Assembly (NCBI GenBank): GCA_964236865.1
Contig: CAXSGJ010000030.1
Location: 51,919 to 65,066 of the forward strand
From: an uncultured Polyangiaceae bacterium
GTDB taxonomy: Bacteria > Myxococcota_A > Polyangia > Polyangiales > Polyangiaceae
Length of the DNA: 13,148 nt
Reading direction: 5' to 3'
The position numbers and the translations under genes were made by a program. Position 1 is the first letter of the stretch. Every line of letters begins with the position of its first letter. The notes beneath the pieces were generated by a model, which saw only the letters and a list, made by a program, of their open reading frames with translations, did not search any database and was not told the DNA's origin. Positions 1 through 6,972 of this stretch are shown here, piece after piece.

Positions 1-2
1 CG

Positions 3-51
3 CGCGCCGCCCCGTCGCCAACACGCGCCGCCCCGTCGCCAACACGCGCCG
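3..51. repeat. Perfect 21-bp tandem direct repeat (2 full copies plus a partial third) touching the window edge
   Basis: Positions 3-23 and 24-44 are both cgcgccgccccgtcgccaaca; 45-51 (cgcgccg) restarts the unit. The period equals 7 codons and sits in the recQ reading frame, where it would read RAAPSPT-RAAPSPT. Confidence 0.9.
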
Positions 52-1877
52 TGCGCTCGACTTCTGAGTTGCCACGCGCAGCGCCACTCCCCGCGCGCGC
101 CCCGCCGCGTGCGCCGAGCACGGCCGCGCCCCGCGAACTCGCCGACTTGTTGCGCGAGCGCTTCGGCTTCAGCGCATTCCGCCCCCATCAGCAGGCGGTT
201 TGTGAAGCCGCCGCCCGCGGCGAGGACGTGCTGCTCGTCATGCCCACCGGCGCGGGCAAATCGCTCTGTTACCAGCTACCGGGGTTGGCTCGCGGTGGCA
301 CAACGCTCGTCGTGAGCCCGCTCATCGCATTGATGGAGGATCAGGTGATCCGGCTGCAGGCGCTCGGACTGCGCGCAGAACGCATTCACTCGGGCAGGTC
401 GCGGCTCGAGTCGCGGCAAGTGTGTGCGGACTACGTCGCAGGCGCGCTCGATTACCTCTTCATCGCGCCGGAGCGCCTGGGCGTGGCTGGGTTCCCCGAA
501 CTGCTTGCGCGGCGGCCTTTGGGCTTGATTGCCATTGATGAAGCGCACTGCATCTCGCAGTGGGGCCATGACTTTCGTCCGGACTATCGTCTGCTCGGGC
601 AGCGCCTGCCACTGCTGCGCCCGGCCCCGGTGGTGGCGCTCACGGCCACCGCCACCCCGCGCGTGCAGCAGGACATCGTGGCTCAACTCGGCTTGGGGGC
701 GGTGCGCCAATTCATTCATGGCTTTCGCCGGCACAATTTGGCGCTCGAAGCGTTGGAGGTTCCGCCCAAAGATCGACCGGGTCGCACGCTGCAATGGCTC
801 TCAGCGCCCGATCGCTTGCCGGCGATCGTGTATGCACCCACGCGCAAGGCGGCAGAGCACGTGGCGGCGGTGCTTGCGGCCCAGTTTCGCGCCCAGCCGT
901 ATCACGCAGGCTTGACGGCAGAGACGCGCGAGCGCGTGCAGGCGGACTTTCTCGCGGGCCGATTGGACGTGGTGGTCGCGACCGTCGCGTTCGGCATGGG
1001 CGTCGACAAGGCCGACGTTCGCACCGTGCTCCACTTGGCCCTACCCGGCAGTGTCGAGGCTTACTACCAGGAGATCGGTCGCGCGGGCCGGGACGGCAAG
1101 CCATCCCGCACCGTGCTCATGCACCACTTCGCCGATCGCAAGACGCACGAGTTCTTTTTGGACCGTGACTACCCGAGTGAGTCATTGCTCGAAAAGTTAT
1201 TCAAGGCGCTCAAATCGTCGCCCGTCACTCCGGACGCGCTACGCAAAAAAACGCGCGTCGCCAAGGGTGACTTCGAGAAGGCACTCGAGAAGCTGTGGAT
1301 CCACGGCGGCGTGCGGGGGATGCCAGAAGCTGAGCTCGTCCGCGGGCACGAAGCCTGGCGAGCGCCGTACGCCGCGCAGCGTGCCCTGCGTGCCGAACAA
1401 CTCGAGCTGGTCGGCAAATTTGCCCAAAGCCGTCAATGCCGCATGGTCGGGCTCGTGCGCCACTTCGGGGACGAGGCCGATTCCGGACAAGCCTGTGGTC
1501 GCTGTGACGTGTGCGCCCCGGAAGCGGGTATCGTCGCCAACTCGCTGGGGCCTCCGCCAAAGGTGAAGACTTCGGCAAAGCGCGGGCGTAAGACCGGCAG
1601 CCGGCGTGCACGCGGCGTCACGCGCGCCACGGGGGTTGCGCTCCCATCCAGCGGCGAGAGCGCCGCGCTAGTCGCCAGCTTGCGCGCCTGGCGCCTGCTG
1701 GAAGCCAAAAAGAAGCGCGTGCCAGCGTTTCGCATCTTGAGCAATCGCGCCCTGGTCGCGATTGCGGAGGCACGCCCGGCGAGCGCGGCCGCCCTGCGTG
1801 GCATCACCGGGATCGGGCCTAAAGTGCTGCAGAGCTACAGCACACAACTCGTGAGCTTATGCGCGCGCCATTCCTGA
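51..1877 (+). CDS. recQ: ATP-dependent DNA helicase RecQ (SF2) with RecQ-Ct zinc module and C-terminal HRDC domain
   Basis: Helicase motifs: 'FRPHQ', 'LLVMPTGAGKSLCYQLP' (from nt ~243), 'AIDEAHCISQWGHDFRPDY' (nt ~531-590), 'ALTATAT', 'VATVAFGMGVDKADVR', 'YYQEIGRAGRDG'. Four-Cys zinc module 'CRMVGLVRHFGD...CGRCDVC' (1437-1514). HRDC-like 'FRILSNRALVAIAEARPASAAALRGITGIGPKVLQSY' at the C-terminus. The GTG at 51 is only the first start codon inside the window. The frame has no stop back to nt 3, so the true start may lie upstream. Confidence 0.9.
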   Translation: MRSTSELPRAAPLPARAPPRAPSTAAPRELADLLRERFGFSAFRPHQQAVCEAAARGEDVLLVMPTGAGKSLCYQLPGLARGGTTLVVSPLIALMEDQVIRLQALGLRAERIHSGRSRLESRQVCADYVAGALDYLFIAPERLGVAGFPELLARRPLGLIAIDEAHCISQWGHDFRPDYRLLGQRLPLLRPAPVVALTATATPRVQQDIVAQLGLGAVRQFIHGFRRHNLALEALEVPPKDRPGRTLQWLSAPDRLPAIVYAPTRKAAEHVAAVLAAQFRAQPYHAGLTAETRERVQADFLAGRLDVVVATVAFGMGVDKADVRTVLHLALPGSVEAYYQEIGRAGRDGKPSRTVLMHHFADRKTHEFFLDRDYPSESLLEKLFKALKSSPVTPDALRKKTRVAKGDFEKALEKLWIHGGVRGMPEAELVRGHEAWRAPYAAQRALRAEQLELVGKFAQSRQCRMVGLVRHFGDEADSGQACGRCDVCAPEAGIVANSLGPPPKVKTSAKRGRKTGSRRARGVTRATGVALPSSGESAALVASLRAWRLLEAKKKRVPAFRILSNRALVAIAEARPASAAALRGITGIGPKVLQSYSTQLVSLCARHS

Positions 1878-1883
1878 AACCGC

Positions 1884-1901
1884 GTGTGCGATATCGCGCA
1901 C
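1884..1901 (+). terminator. Near-perfect 18-nt palindrome/hairpin 7 nt after the recQ stop codon
   Basis: gtgtgcgatatcgcgcac forms a 7-bp stem (one G-U pair) around an ATAT centre. There is no downstream U-tract, so it could equally be a protein-binding dyad. Confidence 0.25.
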
Positions 1902-2043
1902 CCGGTGGGTAGACCTGCCACCTCTGCCACACGAAGTTCTGGGGATAGTCTGATTTGATCATGCCGATGATAGATTTTGCTGGCTCGCTGTGGGTAACGG
2001 GGGACATTTCACACTCGCGAAACACTCGCGCAGGAGCTTCGAA

Positions 2044-3702
2044 ATGACGACGACTACTTGGGCGGGTTTGAAGGGGCGCACTCGCTGCGGAATTGCGGTT
2101 TTATGTGGATTTTCCTGGGCTTGTTCCACGAACGTCCCCACCGGCAGCGGGCCGAGCCGGCCGACGGACGGCGGCAACAGCAATGCCGGCGGCTCGAGCG
2201 GCACCGGCCTCACGGGAACGGTCGGGGGCGGGCCGGGCACGCTGTGCATTGATAACTCGTGTGGCGGAGGCATGGCCGCTCCGACGATCACCTGCGGTGA
2301 TGGCACCCTGACCAACAGCGAAGCCTGCGATGACGGCAACACCGTCTCGAACGACGGTTGCAGCGCAGACTGCTTGATGGTCGAGGTCGGCTATTCTTGC
2401 GTTGCGGCCGGCCAGCTCTGCTACCGCATCGCCAAGTGCGGCGACGGCCTGGCGGTCGACCCGGAAATCTGCGACGACGGCAACACCGCCGCCGGCGATG
2501 GCTGCTCTCCGCGGTGCACGTTGGAGCTAGGTTTCAAGTGCGCCGGCTCGCCCAGCATGTGCACCGCCACGACCTGCGGGGATGGCATGAAAGAGGGCGC
2601 AGAGAGCTGCGACGACGGGAACAAAAATCCCTACGACGGTTGCAGCTCGGTTTGCCAGACGGAGCCCAACTGCAAGGCGGGCGCGTGTGTTTCGGACTGT
2701 GGCGACGGCTTGGTGATCGGTGAAGAGTGCGATGATGGCAACACGCGCAGCGGGGACGGTTGCTCCGATCAGTGCAAGGTCGAAAAAGGATTCATGTGCG
2801 CGGCGGCAATGACCATGTCCGATACGCTGGACGTGCCGATCGTGTATCGCGACTTCCGCGAACACCAGGACCCCAATCACGGGCATCCAAATTTTCACTG
2901 GCCGGGCTTCAGTTACGCGACGCCAGGCATCGCCAAGCTGACGCTCGATGCCGATGGCAAGCCGCAATACGACGGCACGGGCAACCTGCACGTGGATAGC
3001 CAGGCAAATTTTGCCTCCTGGTATCGCGACACCGACTACAGCCTCAAGTTCATCGACAAGCTCACGCTCACGAACGCGGCTGGCGTGTACACTTATGATA
3101 ACCCCGCATTCTTCCCGCTCGACACGCGCGGCTGGGTGGTGGCCGCCGCGACACCGGAGGCGCCCTACGGCGGTCATAATTTCGCCTTCACGAGCGAAGT
3201 GCACTACTACTTTCAATACGACGCAGCCAAGGCGGCGACGCTCTCGTTCCGCGGGGACGACGACGTCTGGGTGTTCGTGTCCGGGCGACTCGTGGTCGAC
3301 TTGGGCGGGGTACACGACGTCGTTTCTGGCTCGGTGGTCCTGAGCCCAACGACGGTCGATACCATCAAAGCGCCGCTTAATTTGGTTCAAGACAAGATCT
3401 ACGAGATCGACGTCTTTCAAGCCGAACGCAACCCGGGCGCCTCGAATTACAAGCTATCCCTGAGCGGCTTCAACCCAAACCCCACGCTTTGCACGCCGGT
3501 GTGCGGCGACGCGGTCCTCAGCATCGGCGAGCAATGCGATGACGGCGCCAACATGGGCGGCTACGGTAAGTGCGCGGCGGGTTGCGTGCTCACCGAATAT
3601 TGCGGCGATGGCAAGGTCGAAGGGCCGGAGGACTGCGACGACGGCAATCACATCGACACGGACGGCTGCAACAATGCGTGCCGGGACCTGAGCGTGCAGT
3701 GA
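2044..3702 (+). CDS. Secreted (possibly lipid-anchored) protein: four Myxococcus-type cysteine-rich repeats, a fibro-slime (PA14-like) domain, then two more cysteine-rich repeats
   Basis: The ATG at 2044 is preferred over the GTG at 1990 because AGGAG (2032-2036) lies 7 nt upstream. The N-terminus 'MTTTTWAGLKGRTRCGIAVLCGFSWAC' looks like a signal peptide and is followed by a Gly/Ser linker. Repeats follow 'CGDG.....E.CDDGN....DGCS..C'. The central region carries fibro-slime hallmarks: 'IVYRDF..H.....HPNF', 'FFPLD', 'HNFAFTSEVHYYFQY', 'FRGDDDVWVFVSGRLVVDLGGVH', 'FQAERNPGASNYKL'. Confidence 0.85.
   Translation: MTTTTWAGLKGRTRCGIAVLCGFSWACSTNVPTGSGPSRPTDGGNSNAGGSSGTGLTGTVGGGPGTLCIDNSCGGGMAAPTITCGDGTLTNSEACDDGNTVSNDGCSADCLMVEVGYSCVAAGQLCYRIAKCGDGLAVDPEICDDGNTAAGDGCSPRCTLELGFKCAGSPSMCTATTCGDGMKEGAESCDDGNKNPYDGCSSVCQTEPNCKAGACVSDCGDGLVIGEECDDGNTRSGDGCSDQCKVEKGFMCAAAMTMSDTLDVPIVYRDFREHQDPNHGHPNFHWPGFSYATPGIAKLTLDADGKPQYDGTGNLHVDSQANFASWYRDTDYSLKFIDKLTLTNAAGVYTYDNPAFFPLDTRGWVVAAATPEAPYGGHNFAFTSEVHYYFQYDAAKAATLSFRGDDDVWVFVSGRLVVDLGGVHDVVSGSVVLSPTTVDTIKAPLNLVQDKIYEIDVFQAERNPGASNYKLSLSGFNPNPTLCTPVCGDAVLSIGEQCDDGANMGGYGKCAAGCVLTEYCGDGKVEGPEDCDDGNHIDTDGCNNACRDLSVQ
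2293..2799 (+). repeat. Four consecutive ~35-50 aa cysteine-rich repeats (protein level, with recurring tgcga[tc]ga[ct]gg[cg]aac DNA cores)
   Basis: 'CGDGTLTNSEACDDGNTVSNDGCSADC', 'CGDGLAVDPEICDDGNTAAGDGCSPRC', 'CGDGMKEGAESCDDGNKNPYDGCSSVC', 'CGDGLVIGEECDDGNTRSGDGCSDQC'. Confidence 0.85.
2836..3489 (+). other. Fibro-slime / PA14-like domain region of the 2044-3702 protein
   Basis: Motif string listed for the CDS (RDF...HPNF, FFPLD, GDDDVWVF..G.L..DLGG.H, F.AER....SN). Boundaries are approximate. Confidence 0.7.
3502..3681 (+). repeat. Two C-terminal cysteine-rich repeats (one degenerate, one canonical)
   Basis: 'CGDAVLSIGEQCDDGANMGGYGKCAAGC' and 'CGDGKVEGPEDCDDGNHIDTDGCNNAC'. Confidence 0.8.
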
Positions 3703-3716
3703 CCACCGGTACGGGG

Positions 3717-3747
3717 CGAGCGCGGTCGGCAGTCGATCACGCGCTCG
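3717..3747. terminator. 8-bp GC-rich inverted repeat between convergent genes (overlaps the kinase stop codon)
   Basis: cgagcgcg (3717-3724) and cgcgctcg (3740-3747) are exact reverse complements separated by a 15-nt loop. No U-tract on either side. Confidence 0.3.
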
Positions 3748-5755
3748 GTCCGTTCAAGGTCGCGGCGATTTTAGCGAGGTCGATGATCACAGCGAGCAAC
3801 TCGGCTTGGTCGAAGGGCTTGCGCAAGTGCATCTGGAAGCCCGCCTCGAGAGCACGATTGCGATCCTCCGGATACGCATAAGCGGTCAGCGCCGCCGCGG
3901 GCGTTTTCATTAGTGTGGGGTTCGAGCGAACGGCGCGGATGAAGGCGTAACCGTCCAAACCGGGCAAGCCGACATCGGAGATGATCACGTCGATCGGACT
4001 GCTGCCGAGCAGCTCCAGGGCGTGCTCGGCGTCGAAGGCGCTCGTGACTTCGACGCCGCTCTCACTCAAAATTGCGCTGACGACTTCCCGCGAATCGAAG
4101 TCATCTTCCACGAGCAGCAAGCGCAGGCCGAGCAGCACGGGCTGTTCGGCGGGTGATGACCGCTTCCATGAGTCGGGCCCGCCGCGGGTCGCTTCCAGGC
4201 TGTCGTGGACCATGGGCAAGGTGACGATGAACGTAGCCCCATTGCCCTCACCGGCGCTCTCCGCGTGAATTTCCCCGCCGTGCAGCTCGACCAGGTGTTT
4301 GGTGATCGCGAGGCCAAGGCCGAGGCCGCCATGGTTCCGGCGAATCGAGCCGTCTTCTTGAGAAAATTTCTGGAATAGGCGGGCCAAGAAGTCGTGCTTG
4401 ATGCCGGCGCCCGTATCCGAGACGACGATGCGCACCTGTTCCCCGGTCTCGGCAACGCTCACGCTGACGCGGCCGTGCTTGGGCGTGAATTTGACGGCGT
4501 TGCCGACCAGGTTCCAGATGATTTGTTGGATCCGCCCGGGATCCGCCATGACCGGTCCGGCATCGCGGTCGATGTCGACGGACAGTTCAACGCTCTTGGC
4601 TAGCGCGGCGGGCCGTATCGCATCGAGCGCCGCCTCCACCGCGTCGGCTGGGTTGGTCAGACCCGGCTCGATCCGCATCTTGCCCGAGATGATGCGCGAT
4701 ACGTCGAGCAGGTCATCGACGAGGCGCGCTTGGGCGATGGCGTTACGCTCGATTGCCGCCAGCGCCTTTTCGCGTTTTTCCGAGGCGACGGTACCGGCGT
4801 TCAGCATCCTCGCCCAGCCCAGGATCGCGTTGAGCGGCGTGCGCAGCTCGTGGGACACGGTGGCCAGAAACTCGTCCTTCATCTTGGCGGTCAGCAGCGC
4901 CTCTTGGTGAAGCAGCTTTTGGTCGTGCACGTCGGTGCACGTGCCCATCCACGACAACACGTTGCCGGCGTCGTCACACAGCGTGACCGCGCGAATCAAA
5001 AACCAGCGGTAGATGCCGGCCGCGTTGCGAAAGCGACCTTCGACTTCGTACGGTGTCTTGGTCTCGAGCGCGTTGTTCCAGTGCTTGATGGCCAACGGCC
5101 GCGTCTCTGGATCGTGCACGGACGCCCAGCGTTCGTCATTGGGATCCTCGAGAGCTAGCCCCGTGAACTCTGACCAGCGCCGATTGCGGAACGTGACCAT
5201 TCCCTTTGCGTCGGAGATCCAAATCAGCTGCGGCATCGTTTCGACGAGCGAGCGGAGCTGCCCCTCGCTGGTCAGGGCTCGACGCTGCGCCTCTTGCTCC
5301 CGCTCAGCCAGTCGCGCGTGCGCCTGTTCGAGATCCAGGTGCGCGATCTCGAGCTGTTGACCGCGCACGTTCGAGACGCGCGCGGATTCCGCGAACGCAA
5401 CGGCTTTAGGCAAGATGGGCACGAGCAATAACGCGGTCGCAACGGACGCGGTGGCCGTGATGATGCGCACGCCAGCGTCCGCCCAATACACCGGGTGCCA
5501 CACGGTCACGACATCCAAAAAGTGCGTCAGCCCGCAGGACAAGATGAAGGTACCGAAGGCCCAATACACCCACGCGAAGGGGATATTTCGGATGCGGCGT
5601 ACCAGTATGGCCAGCGTCGAGGCGATTGCGGCGTACGCCACACCGATCAACGAGTTGGCCGACACTTGGGTCCAGACCATGGCCGGTGACCACAAGTAAC
5701 AATGGCCGTGGGGCATGAAGCCTTGTCCGAATAGATGCTCTAGCCAGTGCCACAT
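3737..5755 (-). CDS. Hybrid sensor histidine kinase: ETR1-like three-helix membrane (ethylene-binding-type) domain, coiled coil, PAS, HisKA, HATPase_c, receiver
   Basis: The ATG at 5755 has GGAG (complement of 5763-5766) 7 nt upstream. H-box 'SHELRTPLNAILGW' (His codon at 4850-4852). N-box 'IIWNLVGNAVKFT', G1 'DTGAGI', G2 'GGLGLGLAI'. Receiver motifs 'LLLVEDD', 'DVIISDVGLPGLDG' (Asp codon at 3974-3976), 'ALTAYA', 'HLRKP'. A PAS-like segment spans 'LVETMPQLIWISD...GIYRWFLIRAVTLCDDAGNVLSWMGTCTDV'. The N-terminal domain is listed as a separate entry. Confidence 0.92.
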   Translation of the reverse strand: MWHWLEHLFGQGFMPHGHCYLWSPAMVWTQVSANSLIGVAYAAIASTLAILVRRIRNIPFAWVYWAFGTFILSCGLTHFLDVVTVWHPVYWADAGVRIITATASVATALLLVPILPKAVAFAESARVSNVRGQQLEIAHLDLEQAHARLAEREQEAQRRALTSEGQLRSLVETMPQLIWISDAKGMVTFRNRRWSEFTGLALEDPNDERWASVHDPETRPLAIKHWNNALETKTPYEVEGRFRNAAGIYRWFLIRAVTLCDDAGNVLSWMGTCTDVHDQKLLHQEALLTAKMKDEFLATVSHELRTPLNAILGWARMLNAGTVASEKREKALAAIERNAIAQARLVDDLLDVSRIISGKMRIEPGLTNPADAVEAALDAIRPAALAKSVELSVDIDRDAGPVMADPGRIQQIIWNLVGNAVKFTPKHGRVSVSVAETGEQVRIVVSDTGAGIKHDFLARLFQKFSQEDGSIRRNHGGLGLGLAITKHLVELHGGEIHAESAGEGNGATFIVTLPMVHDSLEATRGGPDSWKRSSPAEQPVLLGLRLLLVEDDFDSREVVSAILSESGVEVTSAFDAEHALELLGSSPIDVIISDVGLPGLDGYAFIRAVRSNPTLMKTPAAALTAYAYPEDRNRALEAGFQMHLRKPFDQAELLAVIIDLAKIAATLNGPSA
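5411..5701 (-). other. Ethylene-binding-domain (EBD)-like three-TM module, homologous to the Arabidopsis ETR1 N-terminus
   Basis: Kinase residues 32-83 align without gaps to ETR1 23-74 as I recall that sequence. 'VAYAAIA' matches 'LAYFSIP'. 'IPFAWVYWAFGTFILSCGLTHFL' matches '[23 protein letters not shown]'. Helix 3 'ATALLLVPILP' matches 'ATALMLVHIIP' after a 3-residue shorter loop. The Cys codon (5534-5536) and His codon (5522-5524) correspond to ETR1 Cys65/His69. Confidence 0.75.
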
Positions 5756-5825
5756 CGCTTTTCTCCGTCGAGGCTACTGTACTCCGCGGCTCCTTCAGCG
5801 GCTGTTTTACGGCTCGGGGCCGAAA

Positions 5826-5853
5826 ATTCTAGCCATGGGCTCGCGGCCGTCAC
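5826..5853 (-). promoter_or_regulatory. Candidate sigma70-type promoter for the kinase gene
   Basis: On the minus strand this reads GTGACG (5853-5848), a 16-nt spacer, then TAGAAT (5831-5826). It lies ~70 nt upstream of the ATG at 5755. This is a pattern match only. Confidence 0.25.
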
Positions 5854-5952
5854 GTTCGACTGTCACGCACGTGCTCCGGGTCCGTGCGACAACCTGACGC
5901 GGTGCCCCACACCCCGTTTTCGCGCTAACCTTGTCCCAGAACGCCGAGCCAC

Positions 5953-6786
5953 ATGTACCGACCCGCCTTCAAATTCTTGCCGCGCCTGGCCCCGTGGGCC
6001 GTGCTCGTGGCGCTCGCACCGCTCGCCTGCGGTGGCCCTGTCGACAGTAGCCCGGCGGATGCGGGGCAGGATGTTCCGACCGAGCCTCCGACCGAGCCTT
6101 CACCCCCTGAACCCAATGCCTCCGCCCCCGCAGCCTCGGAGCCCGCACCGCGCCCGCACCGCGTCGGCTGCGCTCCGCCGAGCGGCGTGAGCAATGCGCC
6201 CCGCACCATCGCCGAGACGGTCGCGATGTTGAACGCCATGCCCAAGCCGGTGACGCTGCCCTGTTTCTTAGAGGCGCTCGCTCGCCCGCTCGAGATCAAC
6301 GCGACCAACAGCCTGTTCAGCGCGCAGCCGTCGCAGGGCGCGCGCACGCCGCGCATATTCCTGTTTCGCGATCTCAACACCATGTCGGTGGTGCCCGCCG
6401 GTACCGGCGCGCCACTCCTGGAGTTTGGTGAACAGCGCCCAAACTACCAGTCTCTCAAGGCCGAGCTCGAGTTTCCGATTGTCGGCCAGTTGTCGGACAG
6501 CGCCCCGTTCGAGCGGGTGCAATTCAGCGAAGAGCTGTCGAATTGCGGCGTCTGCCATAACGCAGAGCGGGTCGAGATCAGCGCGACTGGCATCCGGCAG
6601 TTCGTCTCACAATCGCTGCGGCCCTTGCCCCAAGATGCAGTCCCCGCTGCCTACTTGCAGCACGAGCTGGCCGTCTGCGACAGTACCTTGGAGCCGGGCC
6701 GCTGCGCCTTGCTCGATGGCCTGCTCGGCTGGGGTCTGGTCACGGATCGCCCGTTCCCACTCGAGATGGCGACATTCGGCGGGTAG
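5953..6786 (+). CDS. Putative lipoprotein with Pro-rich linker and a single CxxCH motif; function unknown
   Basis: Signal peptide plus lipobox-like 'WAVLVALAPLAC|GG' (Cys codon at 6028-6030). Low-complexity linker 'PTEPPTEPSPPEPNASAPAASEPAPRP'. 'NCGVCHNAE' is encoded at 6544-6558. The mature part contains six Cys. I recognise no family. Confidence 0.7.
   Translation: MYRPAFKFLPRLAPWAVLVALAPLACGGPVDSSPADAGQDVPTEPPTEPSPPEPNASAPAASEPAPRPHRVGCAPPSGVSNAPRTIAETVAMLNAMPKPVTLPCFLEALARPLEINATNSLFSAQPSQGARTPRIFLFRDLNTMSVVPAGTGAPLLEFGEQRPNYQSLKAELEFPIVGQLSDSAPFERVQFSEELSNCGVCHNAERVEISATGIRQFVSQSLRPLPQDAVPAAYLQHELAVCDSTLEPGRCALLDGLLGWGLVTDRPFPLEMATFGG
6076..6099 (+). repeat. Perfect 12-bp tandem duplication inside the lipoprotein linker
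   Basis: ccgaccgagcct occurs twice (6076-6087 and 6088-6099), encoding PTEP-PTEP. Confidence 0.9.
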
Positions 6787-6789
6787 CGC

Positions 6790-6972
6790 TCAGCCGGGTT
6801 TTTTTTTCTTGGCGCGCTTTGCCGGCCGCTTACTAGCCTTTTTAGGCCAACCCTTTTCCATCTGCGCATACGACTCACGGGAGACCGTCGAACGCGATTT
6901 GGGTCGGCTTTTGCCCGCTTTTTTTCGTTTGTTGATGTTGTTGACCAGCGAGTTTTTTTTCTTAGCGGCCAC
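6790..6972 (-). CDS. 60-aa highly basic Lys-rich mini-protein (hypothetical)
   Basis: Sequence: 'MAAKKKNSLVNNINKRKKAGKSRPKSRSTVSRESYAQMEKGWPKKASKRPAKRAKKKKPG'. The GTG start overlaps the stop of the upstream same-strand gene by 11 nt. Non-Lys codons follow the high-GC host style (tcg ctg gtc aac aac atc aac), which favours this frame over the mirror + frame. Short and compositionally odd, so confidence is moderate. Confidence 0.5.
   Translation of the reverse strand: MAAKKKNSLVNNINKRKKAGKSRPKSRSTVSRESYAQMEKGWPKKASKRPAKRAKKKKPG

Noticed and set aside
276-1807. Several 80-170-aa alternative-frame and antisense ORFs overlapping recQ (e.g. 276-794 -, 712-1104 -, 1051-1566 +, 1433-1807 -)
   Set aside because: All are embedded in a gene with complete RecQ motifs. 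Their Arg/Pro/Ala-rich compositions are typical of off-frame translation of GC-rich DNA.
1955-1976. TTGATC and TAGATT hexamers in the AT-richer recQ/fibro-slime intergenic region, considered as a -35/-10 pair
   Set aside because: The spacer is only 10 nt, which is incompatible with a sigma70 promoter. The real promoter is probably in this region, but I cannot place it.
2527-3420. 297-aa antisense ORF inside the fibro-slime gene
   Set aside because: Long stop-free antisense frames are expected at this GC content. The product is Arg/Ala/Val-rich with no motifs, whereas the + frame shows unmistakable repeat and domain structure.
3981-5699. Plus-strand ORFs (95-170 aa) overlapping the histidine kinase gene
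   Set aside because: These are antisense to a kinase with all catalytic boxes intact, and they show no recognisable motifs.
6799-6807. T9 run just after the lipoprotein stop, considered as an intrinsic terminator U-tract
   Set aside because: No stable GC-rich stem lies immediately upstream; the best is a 4-bp cggc/gccg pairing. The run is better explained as three AAA Lys codons of the minus-strand mini-ORF.
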